From positions 22,376 to 86,375 of the forward strand of contig CAYXWL010000014.1 in assembly GCA_964468795.1 (NCBI GenBank): DNA of 64,000 bases, given 5' to 3'. This document shows positions 45,616 to 54,349 of this stretch, piece after piece. Under the pieces are notes generated by a model that saw only the letters and a program-made list of their open reading frames with translations, ran no database searches and was not told where the DNA came from. Positions within the stretch are counted from its first letter, which is position 1. Each line of letters begins with the position of its first letter. Made by a program: the position numbers and the translations under genes. Origin of the DNA: an uncultured Candidatus Saccharibacteria bacterium. GTDB lineage: Bacteria; Patescibacteriota; Minisyncoccia; Phycocordibacterales; DATDWN01.

Positions 45616-47310
45616 ATGTTAAAATTGATTGAAATGCCTACATTTGACGAAGAAAAGCAGAATAAAAGAGTTGAGGATTTGAGGAAGCAAGAAGAAGAAT
45701 TGCTTGCCCAGACTCTTTCAGCAAAATACGGAGTACCCTACCTTGACCTCACATCAACTCCTATAAACATAGATGCTTTGCGTGTTATAAGCGAACAGGA
45801 AACTATAGATGCTCAGATTGCCGTTTTCAACGAAGTTAATAAAGTTGTAAGTCTCGGCGCTCTCTCTCCCGAAAATCCAAAAACAAAAGAGGCCATCAAA
45901 AAAATTAGAGACAAAGGCTTCAGCGTCGAGGTTTACATGGTCTCTCATGCAAGCCTTAAAAAAGTCTGGGAAAGGTACAAGGACCTTTCTTATTCTTTTG
46001 AAACAAAGTCCGGCGCCTTGGATATTTCAAATGATCAGATCACGGAGTTCCTTTCTCAGGTTCACACAATCCCCGATGTTCAAAAGCTAATCAGCGATGT
46101 TTTGAACATGAAAAAAAGCTACAGAATTTCTAGAATAATGGAAATTATTCTGGCCGGCGCTATTGCAACAAACTCCTCCGACATACACCTCGAACCGCAA
46201 GAGGACTATGTGACATTGCGATACAGACTAGACGGAATCCTTACCGAAATCCTCCAGTTTGATTTGGAAACATTCAAGCTTCTAGCTTCACGAATCAAAC
46301 TTGTTTCAAACCTAAAGCTCAATGTCTATGGCGCTCAAGACGGGAGATTCAGCATAAAAATAAAAGATTCTGAAATTGAAATACGAACTTCCCTTCTGCC
46401 AGGAAATTTTGGCGAAGCTATCGTTCTTAGGGTGCTCAACCCGAACTCGATATCTGTACCGCTTGAAGATCTCGGTATTCATCCAAAACTTCTGCAGGTA
46501 ATCTTCAAAGAAATTGAAAAGCCAAAAGGCATGGTTATCATCACAGGACCTACGGGCTCTGGAAAGACCACGACTTTGTATGCTTTTTTAAAGAAAGTTC
46601 ACACACCAGAAGTAAAAGTAATCACTATTGAAAACCCGATCGAGTACCATTTAAACGGCATTGTCCAAACACAGACCAACGAAAAAAACAACTACGGCTT
46701 TGCCGATGGCCTTCGAAGCGCGTTAAGACAAGACCCTGATATAATCATGGTCGGTGAAATAAGAGATAGCGAAACAGCTAACACTGCTATAGATGCGGCT
46801 CTTACCGGACATTTGGTATTCTCTACCCTTCACACAAACACAGCTGCAGGAACTTTCCCTAGACTTATTGATCTTGATGTAAATCCAAAGATTATTTCTT
46901 CTGCGATAAACCTTGCAATGGCACAAAGGCTTGTAAGGAGACTCTGCCCTTACTGTAAAAAAGAAGTTCCAATTTCTAAAGAAGATAAGCAGATTGTAGA
47001 CGAAATAGTTTCAAAAATTCCCGACAAGGAATACTTAAGTGGTGTACAAACAGAAAATTATTTTGAAGCGGTTGGTTGTGATAAGTGCAATATGACAGGA
47101 TACAAAGGCAGAATAGGAATTCACGAAGCAATTAGAATAGATGCAAACATTGAAAATGTGGTTATAAACAACCCAAGTGAGAGAGAGATAAGAGCTGCTG
47201 CCAAAGGCCAGGGACTTTTGACATTAAGAGAAGATGGAATAGTAAAAGTTCTTACTGGCATCACAACTTTACCTGAACTGAGAAGAATTGTTGATATCGA
47301 GGAAGTCTAA
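45616..47310 (+). CDS. type II/IV secretion-system ATPase (GspE/PilB family)
   Basis: Walker A GPTGSGKTTTL, Asp and His boxes, C-terminal tetra-Cys motif. Start moved to MLKLIEMP (45616), because the ORF 5' extension overlaps the upstream gene. Confidence 0.85.
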   Translation: MLKLIEMPTFDEEKQNKRVEDLRKQEEELLAQTLSAKYGVPYLDLTSTPINIDALRVISEQETIDAQIAVFNEVNKVVSLGALSPENPKTKEAIKKIRDKGFSVEVYMVSHASLKKVWERYKDLSYSFETKSGALDISNDQITEFLSQVHTIPDVQKLISDVLNMKKSYRISRIMEIILAGAIATNSSDIHLEPQEDYVTLRYRLDGILTEILQFDLETFKLLASRIKLVSNLKLNVYGAQDGRFSIKIKDSEIEIRTSLLPGNFGEAIVLRVLNPNSISVPLEDLGIHPKLLQVIFKEIEKPKGMVIITGPTGSGKTTTLYAFLKKVHTPEVKVITIENPIEYHLNGIVQTQTNEKNNYGFADGLRSALRQDPDIIMVGEIRDSETANTAIDAALTGHLVFSTLHTNTAAGTFPRLIDLDVNPKIISSAINLAMAQRLVRRLCPYCKKEVPISKEDKQIVDEIVSKIPDKEYLSGVQTENYFEAVGCDKCNMTGYKGRIGIHEAIRIDANIENVVINNPSEREIRAAAKGQGLLTLREDGIVKVLTGITTLPELRRIVDIEEV

Positions 47311-47784
47311 TTTTTAAAAAAGCAAGTCTTTTTTTATTTGCCAGTTATTACCTTTGCAGGTGTAATGAATTATCCCCTTGCAGAAGGTACTTTGGTATGG
47401 ATAATTATTGGTAGATAAGCTACTCAAAACAAAAATCTCCCGTCTATTTTAGAGAGACGAGAGACTTCGTTCCAAGACATAAATCTCTAAGCAACACTTT
47501 TAATAATCGTACCAAAAGCTAAGTATTTCGCAAAGGATAATTCCAGTGTATTACACAAGGTAATAACCAGAATGTCCTCGCAGGAACACTCTTAAGCATA
47601 AAATGCTTAGTTGCTTAGAGATTTATATTTTGGAGCTAAAAATAAAACAGCCCCGCTAAGAAGGCTCTTATTAACTACCTCTTTTTTAAACTACTTATTT
47701 CACTGAAAAGTCTAGCATGAAAGATTTTTCGTGTCAAGTACTTATTTCATAGAAAAAGTTCTGCTGTGAGCTATAATTCTTGAT

Positions 47785-48810
47785 ATGGCAGAAAAGAAAA
47801 ATCACGAAAAGGGAGAAAGAGAGAATGCTGAACTAAAGGATTTCCTGTTTTTAGACACCACACTTAGACCAAATAAGTGGGATGAATACATAGGCCAGGA
47901 AAATATAAAGAAAAATCTTCACATACTTCTGACTGCTGCCAAAGAAAGGAACCACCCGCCGGAGCATATTTTGTTTTACGGCCCTCCTGGTCTGGGAAAA
48001 ACCACTCTTGCTCACCTCATAGCAAAGGAAACGAATGCTCAGATGAAAGTAACATCTGGACCTGCAATAGAAAAAGTCGGAGACTTAGCTTCAATCCTTA
48101 CAAACCTCTCCGCTGGAGACATACTTTTTATTGACGAGATACACAGACTAAACAAGGCAATCGAAGAAGTTCTCTACCCCGCAATGGAGTCAGGCACTCT
48201 CGATATTATTATAGGAAAAGGACCAAGTGCACGAACCATACAACTCGAATTGCCTCCATTTACCCTCATCGGGGCTACAACACGGATCGCCATGCTTTCC
48301 TCCCCATTACGTTCACGATTTGGTGGTGGAGTATTTAAGCTTGAGTTCTACACCAACGATGAGATACACAAGATAATCTCTAGATCTTCGGATATTTTGG
48401 GTATGAATCTAGATCACGAGGCTGGAAAAGAAATAGCCAAAAGATCAAGGTACACTCCACGAACTGCGAACTACTTTTTGAAAAGATGCAGAGACTTTGC
48501 TCAGGTTCACAAGACCGATTTGAACAAACAAACTGTTGATGAGGCACTCAAGCTTTTAGGGATAGACTCGGTAGGACTTTCACCTTCTGACAGAGACATA
48601 CTGCATTCTATTATAAATAAATTTGCCGGTGGCCCTGTTGGACTAAATACTCTGGCTGCAACTCTCGGAGAAGAGCAAGCAACAATTGAAGAGTTCAATG
48701 AGCCATATTTAATCCAGCTTGGTTTTTTGGAAAGGTCTCCGAGAGGAAGAATTGTGACTCAGCTTGGCTACGAACATTTAGGCCTCAAGGCACCCAACAC
48801 TTTGTTATAG
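47785..48810 (+). CDS. ruvB: Holliday junction DNA helicase RuvB
   Basis: GPPGLGKTTLAHLIA Walker A, DEIHRL Walker B, winged-helix C-terminus. Confidence 0.9.
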   Translation: MAEKKNHEKGERENAELKDFLFLDTTLRPNKWDEYIGQENIKKNLHILLTAAKERNHPPEHILFYGPPGLGKTTLAHLIAKETNAQMKVTSGPAIEKVGDLASILTNLSAGDILFIDEIHRLNKAIEEVLYPAMESGTLDIIIGKGPSARTIQLELPPFTLIGATTRIAMLSSPLRSRFGGGVFKLEFYTNDEIHKIISRSSDILGMNLDHEAGKEIAKRSRYTPRTANYFLKRCRDFAQVHKTDLNKQTVDEALKLLGIDSVGLSPSDRDILHSIINKFAGGPVGLNTLAATLGEEQATIEEFNEPYLIQLGFLERSPRGRIVTQLGYEHLGLKAPNTLL

Positions 48811-48939
48811 AATCTTAAATCTCTTTCTCGACATAATTTTTGATAGGCCAGACCCTACCCCTAACCCCTATAAAAAATTATGATCTCGACAAGATTTAAG
48901 ATTCTTGATTCTTTATCCATAATTCTATATTCTTTCGAT

Positions 48940-49467
48940 ATGGCAGGACACAATAAATGGTCAAAAATTAAAAGACAGAAAGAAAAGACTGACGGTCAAA
49001 AGTCAAAAATTTTCGGCAAGATGGTAAAACTTATTTCAGTAGAGGCAAAAAAAGCTGGAGGAAATATTTCTTCACCTGGACTAAAGGCGGCGATAGAAAA
49101 AGCAAAATCAATGAACGTGCCGAACGACAACATTGAACGTGCAATCAAAAAGTCAGCAGAATCAAAAGAAATGGAAATGATAGTTTACGAGGCATACGGA
49201 CCAGGTGGATGTGCAATGATCATAGAAGCATTAACAGATGCAAAAAACCGAGCGAACCAAGAAATAAAAACTATTTTAGCCAGACACGAATGCGCCATGG
49301 CTGGGGTTGGCGCTGCGAGCTGGGCATTCACTCACAACATTGGCGAAGAATGGATTCCAACATCCACAGTTCCACTATCCGAAGAAGATGGAGAAAAACT
49401 TTCCGCGCTAATAGACGAACTTGAGGAAAATGATGAGGTGAATGATGTGTATACAAATGCTGAATAG
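48940..49467 (+). CDS. YebC/PmpR-family transcriptional regulatory protein
   Basis: MAGHNKWSKIKRQK N-terminus. Confidence 0.8.
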   Translation: MAGHNKWSKIKRQKEKTDGQKSKIFGKMVKLISVEAKKAGGNISSPGLKAAIEKAKSMNVPNDNIERAIKKSAESKEMEMIVYEAYGPGGCAMIIEALTDAKNRANQEIKTILARHECAMAGVGAASWAFTHNIGEEWIPTSTVPLSEEDGEKLSALIDELEENDEVNDVYTNAE

Positions 49468-49608
49468 TAGAACCTTTAAATTTAGCGAACTTCTTCGTTG
49501 AACTTCAAAAAACTATTGCCACCTTATACTCGATAAGGCTCCTCAAATTTTTCTTGTTCGCCTCGAATTTCATCTAAATTTAAATGTTCTAAATGCTAAA
49601 ATATTGAT

Positions 49609-50241
49609 ATGCAAATAACTTACGGACTCCCTCTACAAAAAATAAAATTTGTTATTGTTACAGACAACAACGAGCCTTTAGTAGAAATAAAAGAAACAGA
49701 AAAAATAAAATTGGATAAAACAAACAAAAATCTAATACCCCAAATCAGAATGACTGTATTGGATCTACTCATAAAAGCATCGACTAACTTACCGTCCGAA
49801 TATAAAATACTGGTCTCAACGGCATTTAGACCATATGAAATGCAAAAATGCATGTGGAGAAAACGACTTCTACAAATGGCAGTATTACATCCAATTAAAA
49901 TGATCTTAAATAACAAAGCCTGGAAGAAAGAAGCGGGTAGATACACAGCTCCACCAGGTGGGTCCTCACACCAATGTGGTGCGGCACTAGATGTAACTCT
50001 TTTATATAAAAATTCAAAGGTTGATATGGGAAGCACTCAAAACGACTTGGGAACAAAAGTTCACACTTTTAATAAAGAAATAAATATCGAACAAAAAGCT
50101 AACCGTGAAATGCTTTACAGGATAATGACTGAGGCTGGCTTTGCAAACTACCCTCTTGAATGGTGGCATTACTCATACGGAGACAGAATGTGGGCCGCGT
50201 ACACGGAAAAATCTGAAGCTTTCTATGGACCGATCAAATAA
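49609..50241 (+). CDS. D-Ala-D-Ala dipeptidase-like M15 zinc peptidase (VanX/DdpX family)
   Basis: AFRPYEMQ, GGSSHQCGAALD and EWWHY motifs. Confidence 0.65.
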   Translation: MQITYGLPLQKIKFVIVTDNNEPLVEIKETEKIKLDKTNKNLIPQIRMTVLDLLIKASTNLPSEYKILVSTAFRPYEMQKCMWRKRLLQMAVLHPIKMILNNKAWKKEAGRYTAPPGGSSHQCGAALDVTLLYKNSKVDMGSTQNDLGTKVHTFNKEINIEQKANREMLYRIMTEAGFANYPLEWWHYSYGDRMWAAYTEKSEAFYGPIK

Positions 50242-50242
50242 A

Positions 50243-50806
50243 ATGGATATTAAAAAAACTTCAAATTATATTTTTCTAAATGATGGCGAGAAAGAAAGCG
50301 ACTTAGCTTTTGTGTTTGGCACACATCTTTGCTTAAAACAATCAGTTGAAAAGGCTGTAGAACTTTATAAGAAAGGTCTCGTTCCAAAAATAATATTTAC
50401 CGGTGGTGCAAATGCAGAATCAAAGAAAATTGAAAGTGAAGAAATGAAGAACCTCGCATTAATCTTGGGAGTAAAAGAACAAGATATAATCACTGAAGAC
50501 AAATCAACAAACACTATGGAGAATGTGACTTTTGCGCTACCAATAATTGATAAAGAAATAGGTCTTGGCAAGATAAATAAAATTACAGTTGTTGTTAAAG
50601 ACTTTCATTCCAGACGGGCCGTGATGACACTTAGAAAATACTTACCCGAGCATATTAAAATTTTATCTGCCCCATACAAGTCAGAGGACTATCGATATAG
50701 CAAAGAAGTGTGGCATGAGACTGAAATTGGAAGGGAGAAAATTAATGAAGAAATTGATAAAATAAGATTGTATCTAGAAAAAGGACACCTAGCTGAGTTA
50801 AATTAA
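50243..50806 (+). CDS. YdcF/DUF218-family protein
   Basis: Pattern LAFVFGTH ... IIFTGG ... E typical of DUF218. Confidence 0.5.
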   Translation: MDIKKTSNYIFLNDGEKESDLAFVFGTHLCLKQSVEKAVELYKKGLVPKIIFTGGANAESKKIESEEMKNLALILGVKEQDIITEDKSTNTMENVTFALPIIDKEIGLGKINKITVVVKDFHSRRAVMTLRKYLPEHIKILSAPYKSEDYRYSKEVWHETEIGREKINEEIDKIRLYLEKGHLAELN

Positions 50807-51721
50807 ATGAAAGAAAATACAAATATAAGTAAAAAAATAGAAGAAGCAATAAAGAAGATTTCTCCAAAACCTTTTACTATTTCTGTTTCTGTAATAAACC
50901 TAAAAACACCAGAGCCCGCAATATCTGGATACAATATGGATGAATTTATCTATCCAGCAAGTATTTATAAAATTTTTATCGCAGCTGAAATACTTCGAAA
51001 GATTGACAAGAAAATCCTATCTTTAGATCAAATTGTAACTATAAGTGACCCTAATGAAGTAGATAAAAACATAAAGCTTTTCCCAAAGAGAAACCCTTAT
51101 CGCCCACTACTTCATGCTGGTGACAAAGTAACAATAGACTACTTGTTGGATCTAATGCTCACACGAAGCGACAACACCGCAGCAAACGAGCTTATGGATA
51201 TAGCTGGAAGAGAAGATATAAATCAAAATATTATTTTACCAAATGGTTGGAGCGGAAGTGATGTGACAAGAAAATTTATGAACAGACTCTTGGAACAAAA
51301 ACAGTATCAGAAATCATCTATAACTGTATCGACCACAAGACACATTTCAGAGTTTTTTTATAAAGTTGAAACAGGAAAACTAGTAAATCCTTGGGTTTCG
51401 AAAATGCTTAAAGACTATATGCTTCGCTGGGACAAGGGTGGAAAAACAGGATTACTAATACCAGAGTTCAAAAGCTACTATACCAAAGGTGGCTGGTTAC
51501 AGATAAACGGTTGGTCTTACAACTTTTTCAAAGCCGTAGTAAATATAATACGTAAAGGATACTGTGTTGTGACATGGAACAATGATGCTGGGGTTGTTGT
51601 CGGAGAAAAGTCCCACTATGCTATAGCTGTGATGTCACTTACAAAATCGCCCTTTCTTTGGGTAAAGTTTCCTCTGAATAAACTGTCAAAAGAAATTCAC
51701 GATATAATGGAGTCACAATAA
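50807..51721 (+). CDS. class A beta-lactamase-like / PBP-like serine hydrolase
   Basis: SIYK (SxxK), SDN and KTG motifs in correct order. Confidence 0.6.
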   Translation: MKENTNISKKIEEAIKKISPKPFTISVSVINLKTPEPAISGYNMDEFIYPASIYKIFIAAEILRKIDKKILSLDQIVTISDPNEVDKNIKLFPKRNPYRPLLHAGDKVTIDYLLDLMLTRSDNTAANELMDIAGREDINQNIILPNGWSGSDVTRKFMNRLLEQKQYQKSSITVSTTRHISEFFYKVETGKLVNPWVSKMLKDYMLRWDKGGKTGLLIPEFKSYYTKGGWLQINGWSYNFFKAVVNIIRKGYCVVTWNNDAGVVVGEKSHYAIAVMSLTKSPFLWVKFPLNKLSKEIHDIMESQ

Positions 51722-51722
51722 T

Positions 51723-52232
51723 ATGAAAATAATTTCTATAGACCCTGGGTACGAGAGACTTGGACTTGCAATAATCGAGAAAATTAAAAATAAAAAGGAA
51801 GAACTAGTTTTTTCTGAATGTTTTAAAACCTCCGCTAAACTCCCCCACAATGAGAGACTAGCTTTGATTGGAGACAGAATAAAAGAAATAATTAAAAAAT
51901 ATAAACCTGAAGCGCTCGCCACAGAAAAACTTTTCTTTTCTGGAAACCAGAAAACTGCAATGCTTGTAGCCGAGGCTCGTGGAGTAATACTTTACGCTGG
52001 GAGTTCATCAGGACTGCCTATTTTTGAATACACACCAAACGAAGTAAAAATTGCCATCACCGGTTACGGACGAAGCGAAAAAAAACAAATGATAGATATG
52101 GTCAAAAAACTTATAGTCGTCGATATCAACCAACCTCATCGGCTAGCAGGAAAAAGTAGCGACGACGAATTCGACGCAATAGCTATAGGTCTCACCCACT
52201 TTGCGATATATAGAACTTCCAAATCTGGCTAA
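51723..52232 (+). CDS. ruvC: crossover junction endodeoxyribonuclease RuvC
   Basis: MKIISIDPGYERLGLAIIE; acidic catalytic residues conserved. Confidence 0.85.
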   Translation: MKIISIDPGYERLGLAIIEKIKNKKEELVFSECFKTSAKLPHNERLALIGDRIKEIIKKYKPEALATEKLFFSGNQKTAMLVAEARGVILYAGSSSGLPIFEYTPNEVKIAITGYGRSEKKQMIDMVKKLIVVDINQPHRLAGKSSDDEFDAIAIGLTHFAIYRTSKSG

Positions 52233-52508
52233 TTTCTGCGTTGGAATTTCAAAAATTCTCGTCACCTTATGCTCGATAAGGCTCCTCGCATTTTCTCATT
52301 CCGCCTTGAACTTAACTAAGATTGTGAAAGTTATAAAAATCTCGTTGAATCACATATTTTCGGAAGACCTCGCAGGCCTGAAGCATGGTTCTGTCAACGA
52401 CCGAGCACAGCGAGGCTCATTGACAGATTCAGGCCGAGAACAAAGAGAGCTTTCTGCTGGAAAAGCGAACGGTCTGGAAAAAATATGTGTGAAAAAGAGA
52501 TTTTGTGA

Positions 52509-54311
52509 CTATGACCTCATCATCTTCAAAAAAACGTCATGAGGAATATCCACAGTCCCCATTCCCCTCTCTTTCATCTTCTTCTTTCCCTTCTTCTGCT
52601 TTTCTCGCAGTTTCATCTTTCGAGTAATATCCCCTCCATACATATGCTGAGTCACATCCTTACTGAACGCCTTTACTGTTTCTGAAGAAATTATTCTACC
52701 CAGTGCTTTTGCTTGAACTTTCATAACGAACATTTGTCGTGGAAGTATTTTGTGTAGTTTCTCAACAGAAGATTTTGCTTCTTCTTCTACTATTCGTCTT
52801 GATATAACTTTTGAAAATGCTGGCACCACTTCATCGGCAACTAGGATATCCATACGCACAACATTTGCGTCACGCATTCCCTCTATCTCGTATGACATAG
52901 AAGCGAAACCACTAGAAGCACTTTTTAGTTTATCAAAAAAGTTTCGCATTAACTCTCGTAGTGGCATTTTCATAACAAGCCTTGTTCTATCCCCTCCAAA
53001 GTTTTCTGAGTCTTGTAGCTCCGCCTCGTGGTCATAGAAAAGTGGCATAAGGTTAGGAAGGAATCTTGATGGAGTGATGATAGTACAGTTTACCCAAGGC
53101 TCCCTTATGTTACTCAAAAGGCCCTCGTCAGGAAAATATGATGGTGAATATATTATTTCTGTCTTGCCAGACTTTGGACCACTTTTATATGTAACTTCAT
53201 ACGTGATAGTTGGCATTGTCACCACAAGGTCTAGATCAAACTCTCTGTGAAGTCTCTCTGTGATTATTTCAAGGTGTAGCATACCCAAAAATCCACAACG
53301 AAAACCACGACCTAGTGCACCTGATGACTCTTCTTCAAATGTAAAAGATGAGTCAGAAAGTTTTAGTTTCCCAAGCGATTGTTTCAATGTAGTAAAGTCA
53401 TCCTGACTTTCTGGGTATATAGACGCCCACACAACAGGTCTCGGCAACATATATCCGTGTAGTGGTGGATTTGTATCATTTATGCCTGCAACTGTGTCTC
53501 CCACAGAAGCTATACCTGGCTCCTTTATTCCTGTAACAATATAGCCTATCTCTCCTGCAGAAAGGGACTCGACAGGCTTTTCATCAGGAGAAAATATTCC
53601 AACCTCTATAGAGGTAAATTTTTCTTTTGATACCTTGAAAAGCAAAGGTGTGTTTCTTCTGACCTCCCCATTCATTACACGAACAAAAACGATTACACCT
53701 CGATGAGTTGAATATTTAAAATCAAATATGAGAGATTTAAAGCTATTGGAATCAGAGTATTTTTTTGGAGAAGGTATTTTTTTAATTATCTCTTGGAGTA
53801 AATTGTCTACACCCTCTCCCGTTTTACCCGAAGTATAAAGTATATCCTCTGGTAAACAATCCAAAAGTTTAATAACCTCTTCCTTTATCTCTTCTACCCT
53901 AGCTAAAGGAGAATCAACTTTTGAAAGCACAGGAATTATAGTAAGGCCAGCCTCACGCGCCATACCGAGGGTGGTAAGAGTTTGAGCCTGAACTCCTTGA
54001 GTTGCATCAACCAAGAGAATTGAGCCTTCTACAGCCTTTAGAGCTCGAGATACTTCGTATGAGAAATCTATGTGGCCAGGTGTATCAATAAGATTTAGAG
54101 TGTATTCCTTGCCTGAATGATTATACTTCATCCTTACAGGCTGCATCTTTATCGTAATACCCCTCTCCCTTTCAAGTTCCATTGAGTCCAAGACCTGATC
54201 CTGCATTTTGCGCGCTTCAATAGTGCCCGTTATCTCGAGCATTCTGTCAGCCAGGGTTGATTTTCCGTGGTCAATATGGGCAATGATTGAAAAATTTCTA
54301 ATATTTTCCAT
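52509..54311 (-). CDS. lepA: elongation factor 4
   Basis: NFSIIAHIDHGKSTLADR G-domain and a LepA-specific C-terminal domain. Confidence 0.9.
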   Translation of the reverse strand: MENIRNFSIIAHIDHGKSTLADRMLEITGTIEARKMQDQVLDSMELERERGITIKMQPVRMKYNHSGKEYTLNLIDTPGHIDFSYEVSRALKAVEGSILLVDATQGVQAQTLTTLGMAREAGLTIIPVLSKVDSPLARVEEIKEEVIKLLDCLPEDILYTSGKTGEGVDNLLQEIIKKIPSPKKYSDSNSFKSLIFDFKYSTHRGVIVFVRVMNGEVRRNTPLLFKVSKEKFTSIEVGIFSPDEKPVESLSAGEIGYIVTGIKEPGIASVGDTVAGINDTNPPLHGYMLPRPVVWASIYPESQDDFTTLKQSLGKLKLSDSSFTFEEESSGALGRGFRCGFLGMLHLEIITERLHREFDLDLVVTMPTITYEVTYKSGPKSGKTEIIYSPSYFPDEGLLSNIREPWVNCTIITPSRFLPNLMPLFYDHEAELQDSENFGGDRTRLVMKMPLRELMRNFFDKLKSASSGFASMSYEIEGMRDANVVRMDILVADEVVPAFSKVISRRIVEEEAKSSVEKLHKILPRQMFVMKVQAKALGRIISSETVKAFSKDVTQHMYGGDITRKMKLREKQKKGKKKMKERGMGTVDIPHDVFLKMMRS

Positions 54312-54349
54312 GCCCCACTATTAAAGCACAATTGCCCCTCTAAACCAAC

